From NCBI GenBank assembly GCA_013239625.1, contig MU053472.1:2240884-2304883 (forward strand): a stretch of 64,000 nucleotides of DNA, in the 5' to 3' direction. Origin of the DNA: Lama guanicoe. Lineage: Eukaryota. The stretch's first letter is position 1, and each line of letters opens with the position of its first letter. The notes below the pieces were generated by a model. It was not told the DNA's origin. It worked only from the letters and a program-made list of their open reading frames with translations, and ran no database searches. The position numbers and the translations under genes were made by a program. This document shows, one piece after another, positions 24,661 to 39,000 of this stretch.

Positions 24661-26273
24661 CCCCAGTCTGCCTACTACTATTTTACTTTTCATATACTCA
24701 AATAGCGGTTCCAAAGCATTCTGTCTAGGTTTTAAAGGCAGTACAGGATGTACTTACTCTATCTTATCTAGAATTGAAACCTCCAGACTGTTTTTAAAAC
24801 GTGAATTTTAGCTTTGTAAATTTTAATTTTTTTAATCAAACACACAGCATAGTTTAAAAGTCAATTAGTATTATAATAGTTTAAATAAAAAACAGAATTC
24901 TCTTTTACCTAGCCATCTACACATCTCCAGTTCCCAATCCTCAGGAACAATTACTTTAAAATATCTTAGATAGTTTTGATGGTCATTTACCTCCATATTT
25001 CTAAATAACATCTGTACTACTACTACTTTTTGATTTTTAAGCGTTAGCAATTATGTATCGACTCTTCTTATAAAAGATGTTCATCTCATATCACTGATAA
25101 CTTCACTACCTCTCCATTTTCTTTGTCGAGTTATATCACAATTTTTATGTAAGTCAATATGCACTGGATTACCATTTACAGATGAATCACACGGTGTACT
25201 ATGATTACATTTCCTTTCTTGTACAAGATGTTTTTGTCTGCCCTGGAGTTAATAACGGTCTCTTTTTTTGCTTATTTTTCTATGTTTTCTATCATTAGTT
25301 AATTCATAAATTTTGTCACAGCTGTTAAAAATTTTTCTCAGTATAGGCAAACCTTCCATCCTTGGAAACCAATCTAGACTAACTACTATGGGGCTGCTGT
25401 TCAGATGTCATCCCAGAGCTTGCTTTCCTGATTCTTCTGGGAATTCTCTTTTGCATTGTTCTGAATTGGAACTTCAGTTTCCTGCATCCTCGGTATTCCT
25501 CTTTCTGAATGTTCTCTTCATTGATGGAGAATTTCTTCCAATAGAATTCTGAGAAAGTGTGTATTTGAAGCAAATGTTTTAAGGCCTTTAGTACTGAATT
25601 GGGTCCCTTCATAATGAAGGCTTTATTCTGTCTTATTTATTGATCATTTGGGCTGCTTAGAACTTAGATTGCAAGTCAAAAATTTTCCTCAAAAATCTGA
25701 AGATAATTTTCATCTGTCTTCTACCTTCCAGTGCTGCTTTTAAGAAGTCTGTTTCAATGCTGATTCCACATCTTTGTATGAGACTTGTCTTTTTCCCTCT
25801 GGAAGGGTTCAGGACCTTTTCTTATCTCAGGTACTTTGAAACTGCACAGTGAGATGCTTTGTAGCTTTCTGCCCTTTACTGGTGCTTGCGTGGGCCCTTT
25901 CAATCAGGAAATTATATCCTTTAATTCTGAGCATTTTTCTTGAATTATTTCTTTGATATGTTCTTTTCTTCTACTTCTCTCATCTCTTCATATGAGTCTC
26001 CATTATCTTCTGATGAATCTCCTATTTATCAGAAGTTGGTTCCTGCATACAGACTCTCTCATTTTCTGGTTCTCCTTTCCCATTTTCTCTCTCTTTGACT
26101 TTTGGATGTGAGAAATTTCAACTTTATCTTCTAAGCCCAATTCTGCATTTAAATTTGTTGCTACCGTGTTAATGTTTAGGAGTTTTTTCTTATTTTCTGT
26201 TCCAGTTTTATGGAGGTAATATCTTACTTCCCTATGGATATTACCAATATAATTTTTTTTAATTTCTTCTATC

Positions 26274-26462
26274 CAAGGGTTGGCAAACTAGAACCCACAG
26301 GGAAAACCTGGTCCCTATCATGTTTTTGTGCAGCCTACAATCTAGGAATGGTATTTACATTTTAAAGGTTAAAGAAAAAGAAAAAAGAATATGGATCATG
26401 TGGCCTAAAAGCATAAAATACATACTGTGCAGACCATTACAGAAAAAGTTTGCCAACCCCTG
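26274..26462. mobile_element. MER58-family hAT DNA transposon
   Basis: TIRs 'agggttggcaaact' and 'agtttgccaacccct'. Confidence 0.8.
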
Positions 26463-29400
26463 TTCCTGTTTTCTGCAAGTTTCTCCACCCTATTTTTGTT
26501 CTCTAGGGCTTTTATTTGCTATTATTTTGGGTTCTCTTTTTCATGTCACAGACTTTCTCTGAATATCTGGTGAAGACTCTGCATTTATTTAAGAGTAAGG
26601 CACTAAAACGCTGATTGGCATCTCTGCATACACTGGTGGGGCTTATGGGCTGGAAGGCTTTGCAGTAAGGTAATCTGGTAGGAACAGGACCACTATGTTA
26701 CTATCTGTAGCCCCTTATTCGTGGGGTGGTCAGTTTTCTTAAAGAGGAACACTGCACTTTCCTGCCTTGAAGATAAAAGATTGATTGTCTGCCTACTCAG
26801 AGCTGAGAAGAAAAAGAGGATGGAGTTCTTACATCTAGTAGGAAGACTTTTCTTACCGCTATCTTTACTAATACATCCTTAGCTGTACCTGTAGTTAAAG
26901 AATAGATAGGCTCTATAGTTCTTTCTATACAGAGAGTACACCTAGGTGGGGGAGGGGGCTGTCTCGTCGCTTCTTACACTAACTTGCAACCAATCTTCTT
27001 CAGTTTAACTCTACTTTAATTGACACTTGAGAGTGCCCCTAAGCCCTAAGCTTTTCCATGCTTGAATCTGGAGGATCATGCTAGCTTTCACGACTACAGA
27101 TTTAAATTTCAGCTTTCTCTTGCCTGCTAAGTCATTCAATCATTCATCTCTTTTCCAGTGTTCAAAATTTATTGACAACTCATCTGTCATTGTCTCCTCT
27201 TTTTTAACTTTGTAGGTTTGACATTTTTATTCCTTTACTCTCATGGGATTTTGAGAGGGGGTGAAAATTAGCATAAATGTTTGATTTCTCCACAGACTTT
27301 AAAAATCTAAATTTTATATGACATACTTTTTTGATATTTTAAAGTAATCCACAGGTTCTGAGACATCAGACCATAAAATTAGGCAGGATAGGAAGATGGA
27401 TATTGCCAATAGTATAGAGCAGTGTTGAAAATCAATGCAAAGTCAGGGTGCTACTCTATCTTGGTCCCACTTTGGTTTATGTTTAAAATATCCTTTGGCA
27501 GAGAGGCATTTAAGTTAACAAAACAGTTCATAGGAAAAGGTTTCACCTTTTCTTTTTTCCATTGTTTTCATACTGCCTTGCTCAAATGAATTATGCCCAC
27601 TTGAGACAAAGATTATACTTTAGTAAGGCAGACCCGTTTGGAAACTTATAGTGCAGTTGTAACCTGGTCACAAAACCATCTGGTACATTCCTGAAGGCTG
27701 TTATTACATTTCATAGACTTATATTACTTCAAATACTCTAACAGTCCCATGTGGGCTTAAAAAAAAGATAACATTTTTTTAAACTCAATTTGTTTCCGCT
27801 TACTTTAGACCTTCCAGACATATCCCTTATAAGAAGAGTGCCTTAGTATAATGAGCACCTTTTATGTCGATCAATACACATTATGAGCTTTATCAAATGA
27901 TGTAAAACATTCATTTGATTTTTAAGTGGCTGTTTCTTTGTAATAAGTTGCTACTTGTTGATACTGCTTCCCTGAAAATCAGTATGACAGCTGGGCTATC
28001 CATTTTTAAACTAACAAAATATTGAAACTATACTATTATATATCAATATTATAAATATAGGCTTTTTCTGAAATCCTAGAAAAGTATGTTTTGAAGCTTT
28101 AGAAGCTCTCTGGCCAATACGGTATAATTGGAAAAAGCACTGAACCTGGCAATTTTCACTAATTCAATAAGAATTTATTGTGCAACTATGCCCCAAGATG
28201 AGACACATCAAAAATGTGTAACTCATGTTTAGGGAAGGAGACAGACATATAAACAGGCTATTCCAATACAGTAAGATATATACTATAATAGAGATAGGTA
28301 TAAAATGCCATGGGTTCCCTAAGGAGTAAATAACTCTAGTTGGAGAAATGAAGTCTTCATAAAGGACATGACCTCTTCAACTAGGTTTTGACTGGTAAAC
28401 TTGCCAGATGAATTGCATGGTAACTTGTATGCCAAGGCAGAGAGTAATGAAAGGATATGGTATATTTAATGGTCAACAGTGAGATGTTTATATTTAATAG
28501 TGACAACTTCAGTGGATAGAAGGAGGGCATAAGGATGAAAAAGCAGGCCTCAAGATTTTAAATGTAGGTGAAGTCAAGGTGTGAAGGCCCATTTAGTAGC
28601 TATGTGACGTCAGACAAGCAATTTTGTCGCTCACAACCTGTTTTGTATATGTAGAAAACGCTTATAAATGACAAAGTAGGATACAAATGTACTTCTGCTT
28701 CAAATAGTTTCTTGAAATTCAAGGCAATGCTTATATTAAGAGGAAAAATAATCAACTGAGGTAAAAACATCTGTTTTCCTTAAATTAAGAGTGACTAAAA
28801 GTCAAGAATTTTAAATAAATATTCAGGCTCCCCTAGAAACTATTTGCTGGATATTAAAATTCAAATAAAACAAAACAAAATAGGTCAATCCACAGGGAGA
28901 GAAAGAGTAAGTAGATGAAACGTCTCAAGAACAATTTCCAGTGCAATTTGATGCCAGGTACCAGTGGGGTTTCTAAGCAGAGAAGGGCAGCAGCTTAACT
29001 ATATCAATTTCAACACAGAACTGAATCATTCAGTTTGAAGAGAAACAACTGTAGGATACCATTCTGAAATAAGGCGGAGGAGAGTAAGTGATGTGTTCTG
29101 GGATTTAAATCCAGCTGTTGAAGCCTATGTCATCAGCACAAGTAAATCTGAATTGAAATGCAACCTGGTCTGCCTATGTGTAAATGAGTTAATGTAAGTA
29201 AACAAGAAACTTGAGAAAAATCTAAATTCTGGATTGGTTAGGGCAGACAACGAGGAGCTGTGTGCCTTCTGGCTGAACTAAAAATGTATCAAATGGCTGG
29301 GTTTTCATGATGTTACTTTAACTCATGTTTTTCTATTTGAACTTTCTGATTTTTATTTGAACAGCTTCACAGGAAAAAAATTATTACATGGTTAAACTAA

Positions 29401-30016
29401 TTATATTTCATAAAAAGAGAACATGAAATGTTAAATTAGGTTATTAAAAATCCAATAATTATAGTGTTTATAAATTTAAAGTGTTTATGTCCTACAATAT
29501 GAAATTATGGTCTAAAATGGTGATTTAAAAACTAGTTCCACAAAGCACAAAACTTAATGGACCAGAATCTTTAGAAAAAGGAATATTATAATGAAATTTT
29601 ATTGTTAGTTGGTGTTAATTCTTTGGTGCCATGAACACTTTGTTGACTGTTTCTTAAATGGTTTGCTTTTTACCCATAAAATCATCATCTAGGTTATTAT
29701 GTTCAGAAGATAAAACTGTTATTGTTTGGTGGTGAGTTTCTACAAATATTTACTGAGCACTTTTGCTGTACATTCATTGACCAATCATAAATCTTTAAAC
29801 TTTAGCAAATATTGAGTCTTATTTTTTACTTCATTTATTCCACTCTTTTCAACTTTCATTTCTGACATCATTGAAAATATACCAGGTTCCTAGGGTTCTA
29901 ATGAAATAAAATTTATAAAATTTATTACAAGGAATAAAGTAGCAAGACTAGCTCTCCATATAGCCTGGGTCAGAGATAATATTACAGTAATGTTACATTA
30001 AATTTCATTCCACTCA

Positions 30017-30130
<114 letters not shown>

Positions 30131-30339
30131 CTAATAATTTAAAAATATATAAAAAATACAGTAGATAATTAAAGCTCATTTAAAAAAATCATATTAACTT
30201 CTAACATTTTCAATATCACTTAATTGGGGTAGAAAGATTTTGTTTTACAGTACTAAACATTATTCAGTTCATTTAAAACATTCCTACTCATCTTCATATT
30301 ACCTAAATTCCTATATGCATAATTAGTTATGTGATGATA

Positions 30340-30680
30340 TCAGTTTTATTGAGAAATAATTTATATATGATAAAATTCACAAACTTCCAATGTACGTGTA
30401 AATAAGTTTTTAAAAACATAGTCATGTAATCACCACCACAGTCATAATTCAGAATATTTTCAGTACCCAAAAACTCCCTCCTATCCCTCTATATGCAGTT
30501 CCCTTCACTGCTGATCGTGTCAACCAATGATCTGCTTTCTGTTTTACCTTTTTGAGAATTCTATGTAAATGTTATTATATAGTATGTGATCTGTGTCTGT
30601 CTTTTTTCATTTAGCGTAATGATTTTGAAATCATTCATTTTGAAACATACATCAATAGTTCATTCTTTTTATGTTATTCC
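30340..30680 (-). mobile_element. Old L1 3' UTR fragment
   Basis: 'ttttattgagaaataatttatatatgataaaattcac...ttttcatttagcgtaatgattttg'. Confidence 0.75.
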
Positions 30681-31377
30681 AGCCTGATAATCCCTGTTTT
30701 TTAATTGGGATGTTTAGGCCATTTACATTTAATGGAATTATTGTTATGATTTGGTTTAAATAAACAGCATAGAACACACATTCTTCTCAAGTGCACATGG
30801 AACATTCTTCAAGATTGATTATATGCTGGGCTGCAAAATAAGTCTTAAGAAATTTAAGATTGAAATCACATCATGTGTCTTTTCCAACCACAATTGCATG
30901 AAATTAGAAATTAACATGAGAAAACTGAAATATTCACAAGTATGTATAAATTAAAGAACACACACCTGAACATCAATGGGTCAAAGAAGAACTCAAAAGC
31001 AAAGTCAAAAAGTAACTTGATACAAATGAAAATGGAAACACAACAAGCCAAAACAATGGGATGTAGCAAAAGCAGTTCAAAGAGAGAAATTTATAGCAAA
31101 AACTGCCTACATTAAGAAAAAACAAAGATTTCAAATTAACGACATAACTTTATGTCTTCAGAAACTAGAAGAAAAAAGAACAAGCTAATGTCAAAGTTAG
31201 GAGAAGGAAGGGAACAACTAAGATGAGAGGAAAAAATAAATGAAACAGACTAGAAAAAAACAATGGAAAAGATCAATGAAACTAACAGTTGCTTTTTTAA
31301 AGAAAAATAAAACATAAATTTTTGCTAGTTAACCTAAGCAAAAAAAAAAAAAAAAAAAAAAAAAAATTGCTTTTTAA

Positions 31378-31409
<32 letters not shown>

Positions 31410-31841
31410 AAAAAAAAACAAAAAAAAAAAAAAAAGAACTTAAAATTACAAATGAAAGCACAGGTTACAACTGAACTACAGAAATACAAAGAATCCTAAG
31501 AGACTACTAGGAATAATTAATTATATACCAAAAAATTGGATTACTTAAAAGAAATGGATAAATTTCTAGAAACAATCAACCTACCAAACTAAATCATAAA
31601 GATATAGAAAATCTGAACAGGCCTATAACAAGAAAGGACATTAAACCACTAATCAAAAACCTCCCAAACGAAGAAAAGCTCAGGACTAGATGACTTCATT
31701 GATGAATTCTACCAACATTTAAGGAAGAATTAATACCAGTTCTTTTCAAATGCTTCTGAAATACTGAAGAGGAGGAAATACTTCCAAACTCAGTTTAAGA
31801 GGCCAGCATTACTCTCATACCAAAACCAGGTAGGGACACTA

Positions 31842-32160
31842 TTGTTTATAAGACAGAAACAGACTCACAGATACAGAAAACAAACTCATGGTTACCAGGG
31901 GGAAAGAGGGTGGGAAGGGATAAATTGGGAGTTTGAGATTTGCAGAAACTGACTGGTATATATAAAAGAAATAAACAAGTTTATACTGTATAGCACAGGG
32001 AACTGTATTTGATATCTTGTAGTAGCTTACAGTGAAAAAGAATATAAAAATGAATATTGGTATACACTCAAGGATGACTGAAGCATTGTGCTGTACACCA
32101 GAAATTGACACAACATTGTAAACTGACTCTACTTCAATTTAAAAAAAAGTTAAAAAAAAA
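31842..32160 (+). mobile_element. Young L1 3' fragment nested in the older L1
   Basis: 'acagaaacagactcacagatacagaaaacaaactcatggttacc...actgactctacttcaattt' plus poly(A). It interrupts the host ORF2. Confidence 0.85.
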
Positions 32161-32792
32161 GAAAGAAAATTACACTACAGTATCCTGATAAACATAGTTG
32201 TAAAAATCCTCAACAAAGTACTAGCAAACTGAATTCAACAGTACATCACACACCACAATCAAGTGGGATTTATCCTGAAATAAATTGGTTCAACATACAT
32301 TAATCAATAAATGTGATATACCACTCTAACACAATAAAGGATAAAAGTCATATTATTATCTCAATAGATGCAGAAAAAGCATTTGAGAAAATACAACCCC
32401 CTTTTGTCATAAAAATCCTCAACAAATTAGGTATAGAAGGAATGAGGCATAGATTTCAACATAATAAAGACCACATAGATAAGACCACAGATAACATCAT
32501 ACTTAATAGTGAAGGGCTGAAAGTTTTTCCTCTAAGATCAGGAACAAGACAAAGGTGCTCACTCTTAGCACTTCTATTCAACAAAGTACTAAAAGTCTTA
32601 GCCAGAGTAGTAATGAAAGGCATCCAAATCAGAAAGGAAGGAATAAAACAGTCTCTATTTGCAGACGGCACGATCTTATGTGTGAAAAACCCTAAAGACT
32701 CTACCAAAAAACTCTTAGAACTAATAAATGAATTCAGTAAGTTTGCAGGATACAAAATTAGTTGTGTTTCTATACACTAACAACAAACTATC

Positions 32793-32794
32793 CA

Positions 32795-32866
<72 letters not shown>

Positions 32867-32868
32867 AA
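32793..32868 (+). repeat. (GAAA)n tetranucleotide microsatellite
   Basis: About 18 perfect AAAG/GAAA units within the L1. Confidence 0.97.
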
Positions 32869-33727
32869 TTACGAAAACAATCCCATTTATAACAGCATCA
32901 TAAAGAATAAAATACTCTGTAATAAATTGCAAGGAGGTGAAAAATCTTTGCACTAAAAACTGTAAGACATTGGTTAAAATCGGAAAAACACAAATACATA
33001 GAGAGATCTTGTGTTTATGGATTGGAATAATTAGTATTGTTTGAATATCCTTATTACCCAAAGTAATCTACAGATTCAATAAAATCTTTATCAAAATTCA
33101 AATGACATTTTTTACAGAAATGTAAAAAACAATTCTAAAATTTGTATGTAACTGCAAAAGACCCCAAATAGCAAGAGCAATGTTAAGAAGGACAAAGCTG
33201 GAGACAACACACTTCCTGATTTGAAACTATATTACAAAACTTCAGTAATCAAAACAGTACTGTACTGGGATAAAATCAGATACACAGGTCAATGGAACAG
33301 ACTAGACAGTTCAGAAATAAACTTATGCCTACATTGTTAACTAACCTTTAACAAGGGCACCAAGAAAACACAAAGGGGAAAGGATAGTCTCTTTAGGAAT
33401 GATGGTGGGAAAACTGGATATTCACATGCCAAAGAATGAAACTGGATCCTTACATTACACCATATATAAAAATCAACTCAAAATGAATTAAAGATTTAAA
33501 TGTATGATCTGAGATCATAAAACTTCTAGAAGAAAATATCAAAAGCACAAGCAATAAAAGCAAAAATAAACAAGTAGGGCTACATCACGCTAAAACGCTT
33601 CTGCACAGAAAAAGAAACAATCGACAAAATGAAAAGACAGCCTACGGAACAGAGAAAATATTTGCAATCTATACATCTGATAAGAGGTTTATAGCCAGAA
33701 TATATAAGGAATTCATGTAACCAACAA

Positions 33728-33773
<46 letters not shown>

Positions 33774-35459
33774 GATTAAAAAATTAAGCAGAAGGCCTGA
33801 ATAAACAGACACTATTCCAAAGAAGACATACAAATGGCCACTGGGTATATGAAAAGTGTTTAACCTCACTATTCATCAGGAAAATGCAAATTAAAACCAC
33901 AATAATATATCACCTAACACCTGTTAAGATGGCTTTTAGAAAAAAGACAAGAGATAAGTGCTGGCAAGGGTATGGAGTAAAGAGAACCATTATACACTGC
34001 TGGTGGTAATGTAAATTGGTACAGCCATTAATGGAAAACAGTATGGAGGTTCCCCAAAGAATTAAAAATAGAACTACCATATAATCCAGCAATACCACTG
34101 CTCAGTATATAGCTAAAAGAAATAAAATTACTGTCTTAAAGAGATGTGTACACTCCCATATTCACTGCAACGTTCTTCACATAGGCAAGATATGGAAACA
34201 ATCTAACTGTCCACTGATAAATGAATGGATAAAGAAAATGTAAATATGTATGTGTGTGTATGTGTATACAGTGGAGTATTATTCGGCCATAAAAGAGGAA
34301 ATTCTGCCATTTGCAACAACATAGATGAACCTGGAGGATGTTATACTAAGTGAAATAAGCCAGACACAAATACAGCTATGACCGCACTTATTCATGGCAT
34401 CCAAAAACATTGAACACATTGAATCCCAGAGTAGCACGGTGATTGGCAGTGGGGGGTGGGGTGGAGGAAATGGCAAAATATTGGTTAAAGAGTATAAACT
34501 ATCAGTTATTTTCAGTTATAATACGATTAAGTTCTAGGATTTGAATATATAGCATGGTGACTATATTCAATAGTAATATATTATATACTTGAAATTTGCT
34601 AAGAGTTTAAGTGTTCTCACCACACACTGAAGAAATGGTAAGTATGTGAGGTGATGGTTGTGTTAATTAACCTAATAGTAACTTTACAATATATAAGCAT
34701 ATTAAGTCACCACATTTTACACCTTAAGTATATGCAACTTTTATTTGTCAATTATACCATAAAAAAACTGAGGGGAAAAAAAGGTCCATACAGTGCTGGG
34801 GTAAACTTTCTGCTGGCCTTAATCCTGGTTTTGGAAGGATGGGACCTCTTAACTCCCAATTAAAGAAGTCTTTCACAGCCTCAGAACACCATAAATAGCA
34901 TTCAAAGGCAAGTGAAAAACTGGAGAAAAAGTTCTGTTATCTAATACACATGAGCTCATACACAATAACAAAATCTGACTACTAAAAATAAACAATCTGT
35001 GAGAAAGCAAGAGCATCAAATATAGATGATAAGTGGCTGGTAACCCACATGAAAAGATGCTCAATTTTACCAGTAAACCAAGAAATGTAAATTTAACATT
35101 TCCATTGTTTGCATTGATAGAATACTGACACATATTTATCAAATGTGTTTATATTTCCCCCAAGTACAAGGATATTCACTGCATCTTTGTTTGTATTGAG
35201 GAAAAATAAGAAACAACTTAAACGTACCTCAAGTGGATCAACTAAATATATTACATTTATCCTGAGAGAAAAATTGTTATTATATAAAAAGAAATAGATT
35301 TATATGTTTTGATGTGGAAATTTAGCCAAGGGATATATTTTAAATAAAAAACCAAGTTTTTTATTTAAATACACATATACACACTTACAATGGCCAGGTG
35401 TCATGTTAGGAATAAGGACCACCATTTAGAGCAATGCCAATTTTAAAGTAGCCCCCCCA

Positions 35460-36030
35460 CCAAAACTTAAACAAAACCCTGACAAGAACCACAGGGGAGA
35501 CAGTTTAAAGATCACATACTTTGAGCTCTTCCCAGATCTCCCCTATAAAATTGTCAAATTGTGCCCACTCAAGGTCAAGATCATCAGCTACTACTTGAAC
35601 AAAAATCAGTATTCTTCACAGTATGATAAAAGAATCCAGAATCTCTATTATGTACCATTCACAATGTTCACCATACAATAGAAACTACTAGAAAAATGAT
35701 CCATAATCAAGGAAAAACCAGGCCGTCAACAGAAACCAATCTAGAAAGGGCTCAGCTGCTGGAAGCAGCAAAGACTTTAAAGTAGTTGATATAAACATAT
35801 TTAAATAACTTTAAAACATATGGCTTAATGAATGAACTTTAAAGAATCTCAGCAGAGAAGTGGGAATACAAAAAAGACCCAAATGGAATTTTTGCACTTG
35901 AAAGATACAGTAACTAAAAAAATAAAAAATAAAAATAAAAATAAATTCATTGGATGGGTTTAACAGCATATTGAAAAAGGCAGGAGAATTAGTAAACCTT
36001 AAGGCAGATCAACAGAAATAATGAAACACA
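35460..36030 (+). mobile_element. Old L1 5'/ORF1 region remnant
   Basis: 'aagaatctcagcagagaagtggga...aaattcattggatgggtttaacagca' resembles L1M ORF1 coiled-coil DNA. Confidence 0.6.
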
Positions 36031-39000
36031 TCAATAACAGCAAAATAACTTCATACATACCAAAGATATTGGTGTAAAAGAATCAAAGTATATGAAAGTA
36101 GCCAGTGATGATCTAAACAAATTTACAATTCAGAGTTGAAACAGTACTAATACCCTTGATACAGTATTTAGTGCCTCAAAGGTTCCACTATTAAAGGATG
36201 TCAAGAATTTCTCACTTTTCCAAATGATTGAATCTACATTTATTTTCTATCTAGGCAATAACACACAGAGACTATGTTAAATTAAACTTCTGCTTCTTTG
36301 CTGGAAAAGAAATCATAATAAATTCTGCTATCTAGCCGTTGAATTTGATATTATTCTCCTTTTCAAAGAGACTCATAATTAATTAAGGGCATAAGATTAC
36401 ATTCCTATTAAAAGAAATGTCACACCAAAGGGTACCACATACCTAGCCTTCATGTGGTTGTCATAAAAATCTTAAAAATAAAAATTACATCATCCCCAAA
36501 GTGAACTACTTTTATACAAGGTCAAAACGTATGGTATACACAAATCAGATTGACCTATTCAAATATATAAGTTAATGAGCTTTTTCCTGTAAAAAGTTCT
36601 CCTGTAAAGAGTAAAATGCAAGTTCTGAGTGAAAGGAAATTATATATTATTTTATATTTTTCATACACTAATTGAATGAAAAAAAGGAGTTATGTTTTAA
36701 GCTGCTCTCAGGAATGCTACAGAGTCAATTATGCCTCAATAAGGCTCAAAAAAAGAGAACTTAAGTAGAAGTAATGTTGTAGAAACATTTAAAATATAGC
36801 ATTAAAAGTAGAAAAATTGATATAATGGGAAGAAGAAATTTTGGGTAACTTAAAAAAACCCCACTGAATTCCAGTCAATATTCATTATTTTGGCTGTGTG
36901 CAAGGCAGCTGTGAGAGGCACTAGGAACATAAAGAGCTAAAAATTATTTTTCTGCCTTGCAAGAGCTTACAAAGAACAGAAAAGAATATGAGTACCAGAG
37001 GCCATCAAGTAAACACAAGTGTTAAAATATTAACTTTGATGACAGTGTACAGAAGTAAGAGGAGGTGAGGAATGGAGACATGACATGCTATGAATTTGGT
37101 GCAAGAATAATGAGGGCCTTACCTGGACAGGCAAAGGGAATGGAAAAGAGGCCTAGTTCGTTAACACACTGTGAAGTTATAGAACTTAAGTGACAAAGTA
37201 GATGTGGGCTTACTAAAGAGGAAAAGTCAAAAAATGACTGCAAAGTTTCCAGATACTGAGAGAAGAAATACAGTAATCCAGAAGGTAAAAAGAGAAGTAT
37301 GTTTAAGGAAGATGATAAACTTGGCTTAATCCACATTAAAGAAATAATTTCTAAACCAAGAACAGAAATTGATAATGAGTTAGCTAATGAGAAAGTCAAA
37401 ACTGGAAAAGTGGGGAACCAAAGATCTTATTAATAATAAATGATAACAACATCTATCGAGCTGCTATAATGTTCCATGCACAGTGCAGTACTTAATAGGT
37501 ATTATCACCTCATCTAGCCCTCACGTCAATCTTAAGAGGTAGATATTGTTACCCCATTTTACAGATTAGAAAAATAAGGTTTAAAAAATTAAGTAACATG
37601 TGGAAGGTGACCCAGTCTGTAAGCAGCAAAGCTGAGATTTGAACCTAGTCTATCTCCAAAGCTTCTTCTCTTAAGAGTGAAAACTCCAGAGTCAGGACAG
37701 TGTACAGCTTCTCTGAGTGATCACAGGTAAGTCAATTCTGTTACGGCTGACTTTTCGTATTTAAAAATGGAATGTGTAATAAAATTTACTTAAAATAAAA
37801 AAATGGTTCTCAAATTTAATGACAACAATTTATTCATCTATAACAAACTGCTAGTATTGGAAGTTCACAAGTGGACTATAATTCCTAGCAACTAGTTAAT
37901 CCAATGTGAAACAGTAGGAATTTCTTCCTTCAGTTAGGCAGTTTTTAAGGACCCCATGTGGTATTCCTGGACAAGTATTTATCAAATAGTATATTTTTGT
38001 AGTACAAGCCTGATGAAACATATGAAAGTTATTATTTTCTTGAAAAAAATTTGGACGTTCAAGACAAATGAACAATTTATAGTTTTAAGAAGTTGTAGAA
38101 CTACTCAAGAGAAAGCAGTCTCTTTAAGACAGTCTATAATACTATTAACCTTCTGACGTATATATAAGTACACTTCTGACAAGTAGCTTTCCAACTGGTA
38201 GGTAAGACATTTTATTTTATATTCCCTCAAAAGAACCTGTAAAATGTCTAAATTAAAGCTTTATAACTAGAAGATAAAGGAGGTAAACTTTCCTCTAAGT
38301 GCCATAGACTATGCTTTTTAAAGTAATATAAATAGTAAATAATAATGGCACCATAGGAAATATTAGATATTTTTTAAAAAATCTGACAACTCAGCAATGA
38401 AGTATGTTATAATATTTAGAGATTATGAGAATACTTTTAAAAGTCTATCCAACTGGGAAAAATACACAGTTCTTACCTATCTCTCAAAATGTAACTAAGC
38501 ATTTCTCTATATTAACAGTATTCCACTCCCCTAAATTTGCATTTATCCCTTGTCAGACATAATAGCTTAAGGATTTTCCAAATTTCCTGTACTATATTGA
38601 GACAAATACTTTATAATGATGACTCTGCCTATGAAAACAGTTGCTTTAGGAATATTAATTATAAATGAAACATTTAGAGGTAATGTAGCAAACATTAGAT
38701 TAAATGAAATTCTCTCTCTTTGGTCTTTTACTTTTCATTAAAATGAATTAACTTTTATGTATGACTACATTATTTCAACTTCTTGCAAATTTTCAAATAC
38801 TTTTTACAATCCAAATAGCCTTTAAAATACTACTGCTGATATTTTACTTAGGGAAATTATTTTAGGTAAAAAGTAAAGAAAAAGCAAAAATACTTTCAGA
38901 AGTAAAATATATAGAAATATTTGAAATACTTATTATATAAAGAAGCAGATTTTTAAAAATTTAATTTCAAAATTGTCTTTGGAGGAACACATTTAATTAG

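Larger units (their letters stand above)
30760..34775 (+). mobile_element. ~4 kb degenerate LINE-1 (ORF2 endonuclease end, RT, 3' UTR)
   Basis: ORF 32313-32780 encodes IISIDAEKAF...FPLRSGTRQRCSL...SLFAD (RT motifs). Many stops and frameshifts. 3' UTR ends near 34770. Confidence 0.95.

Noticed and set aside
32762..33061. KERK-repeat and FFLS-repeat ORFs
   Set aside because: Translations of the (GAAA)n microsatellite.
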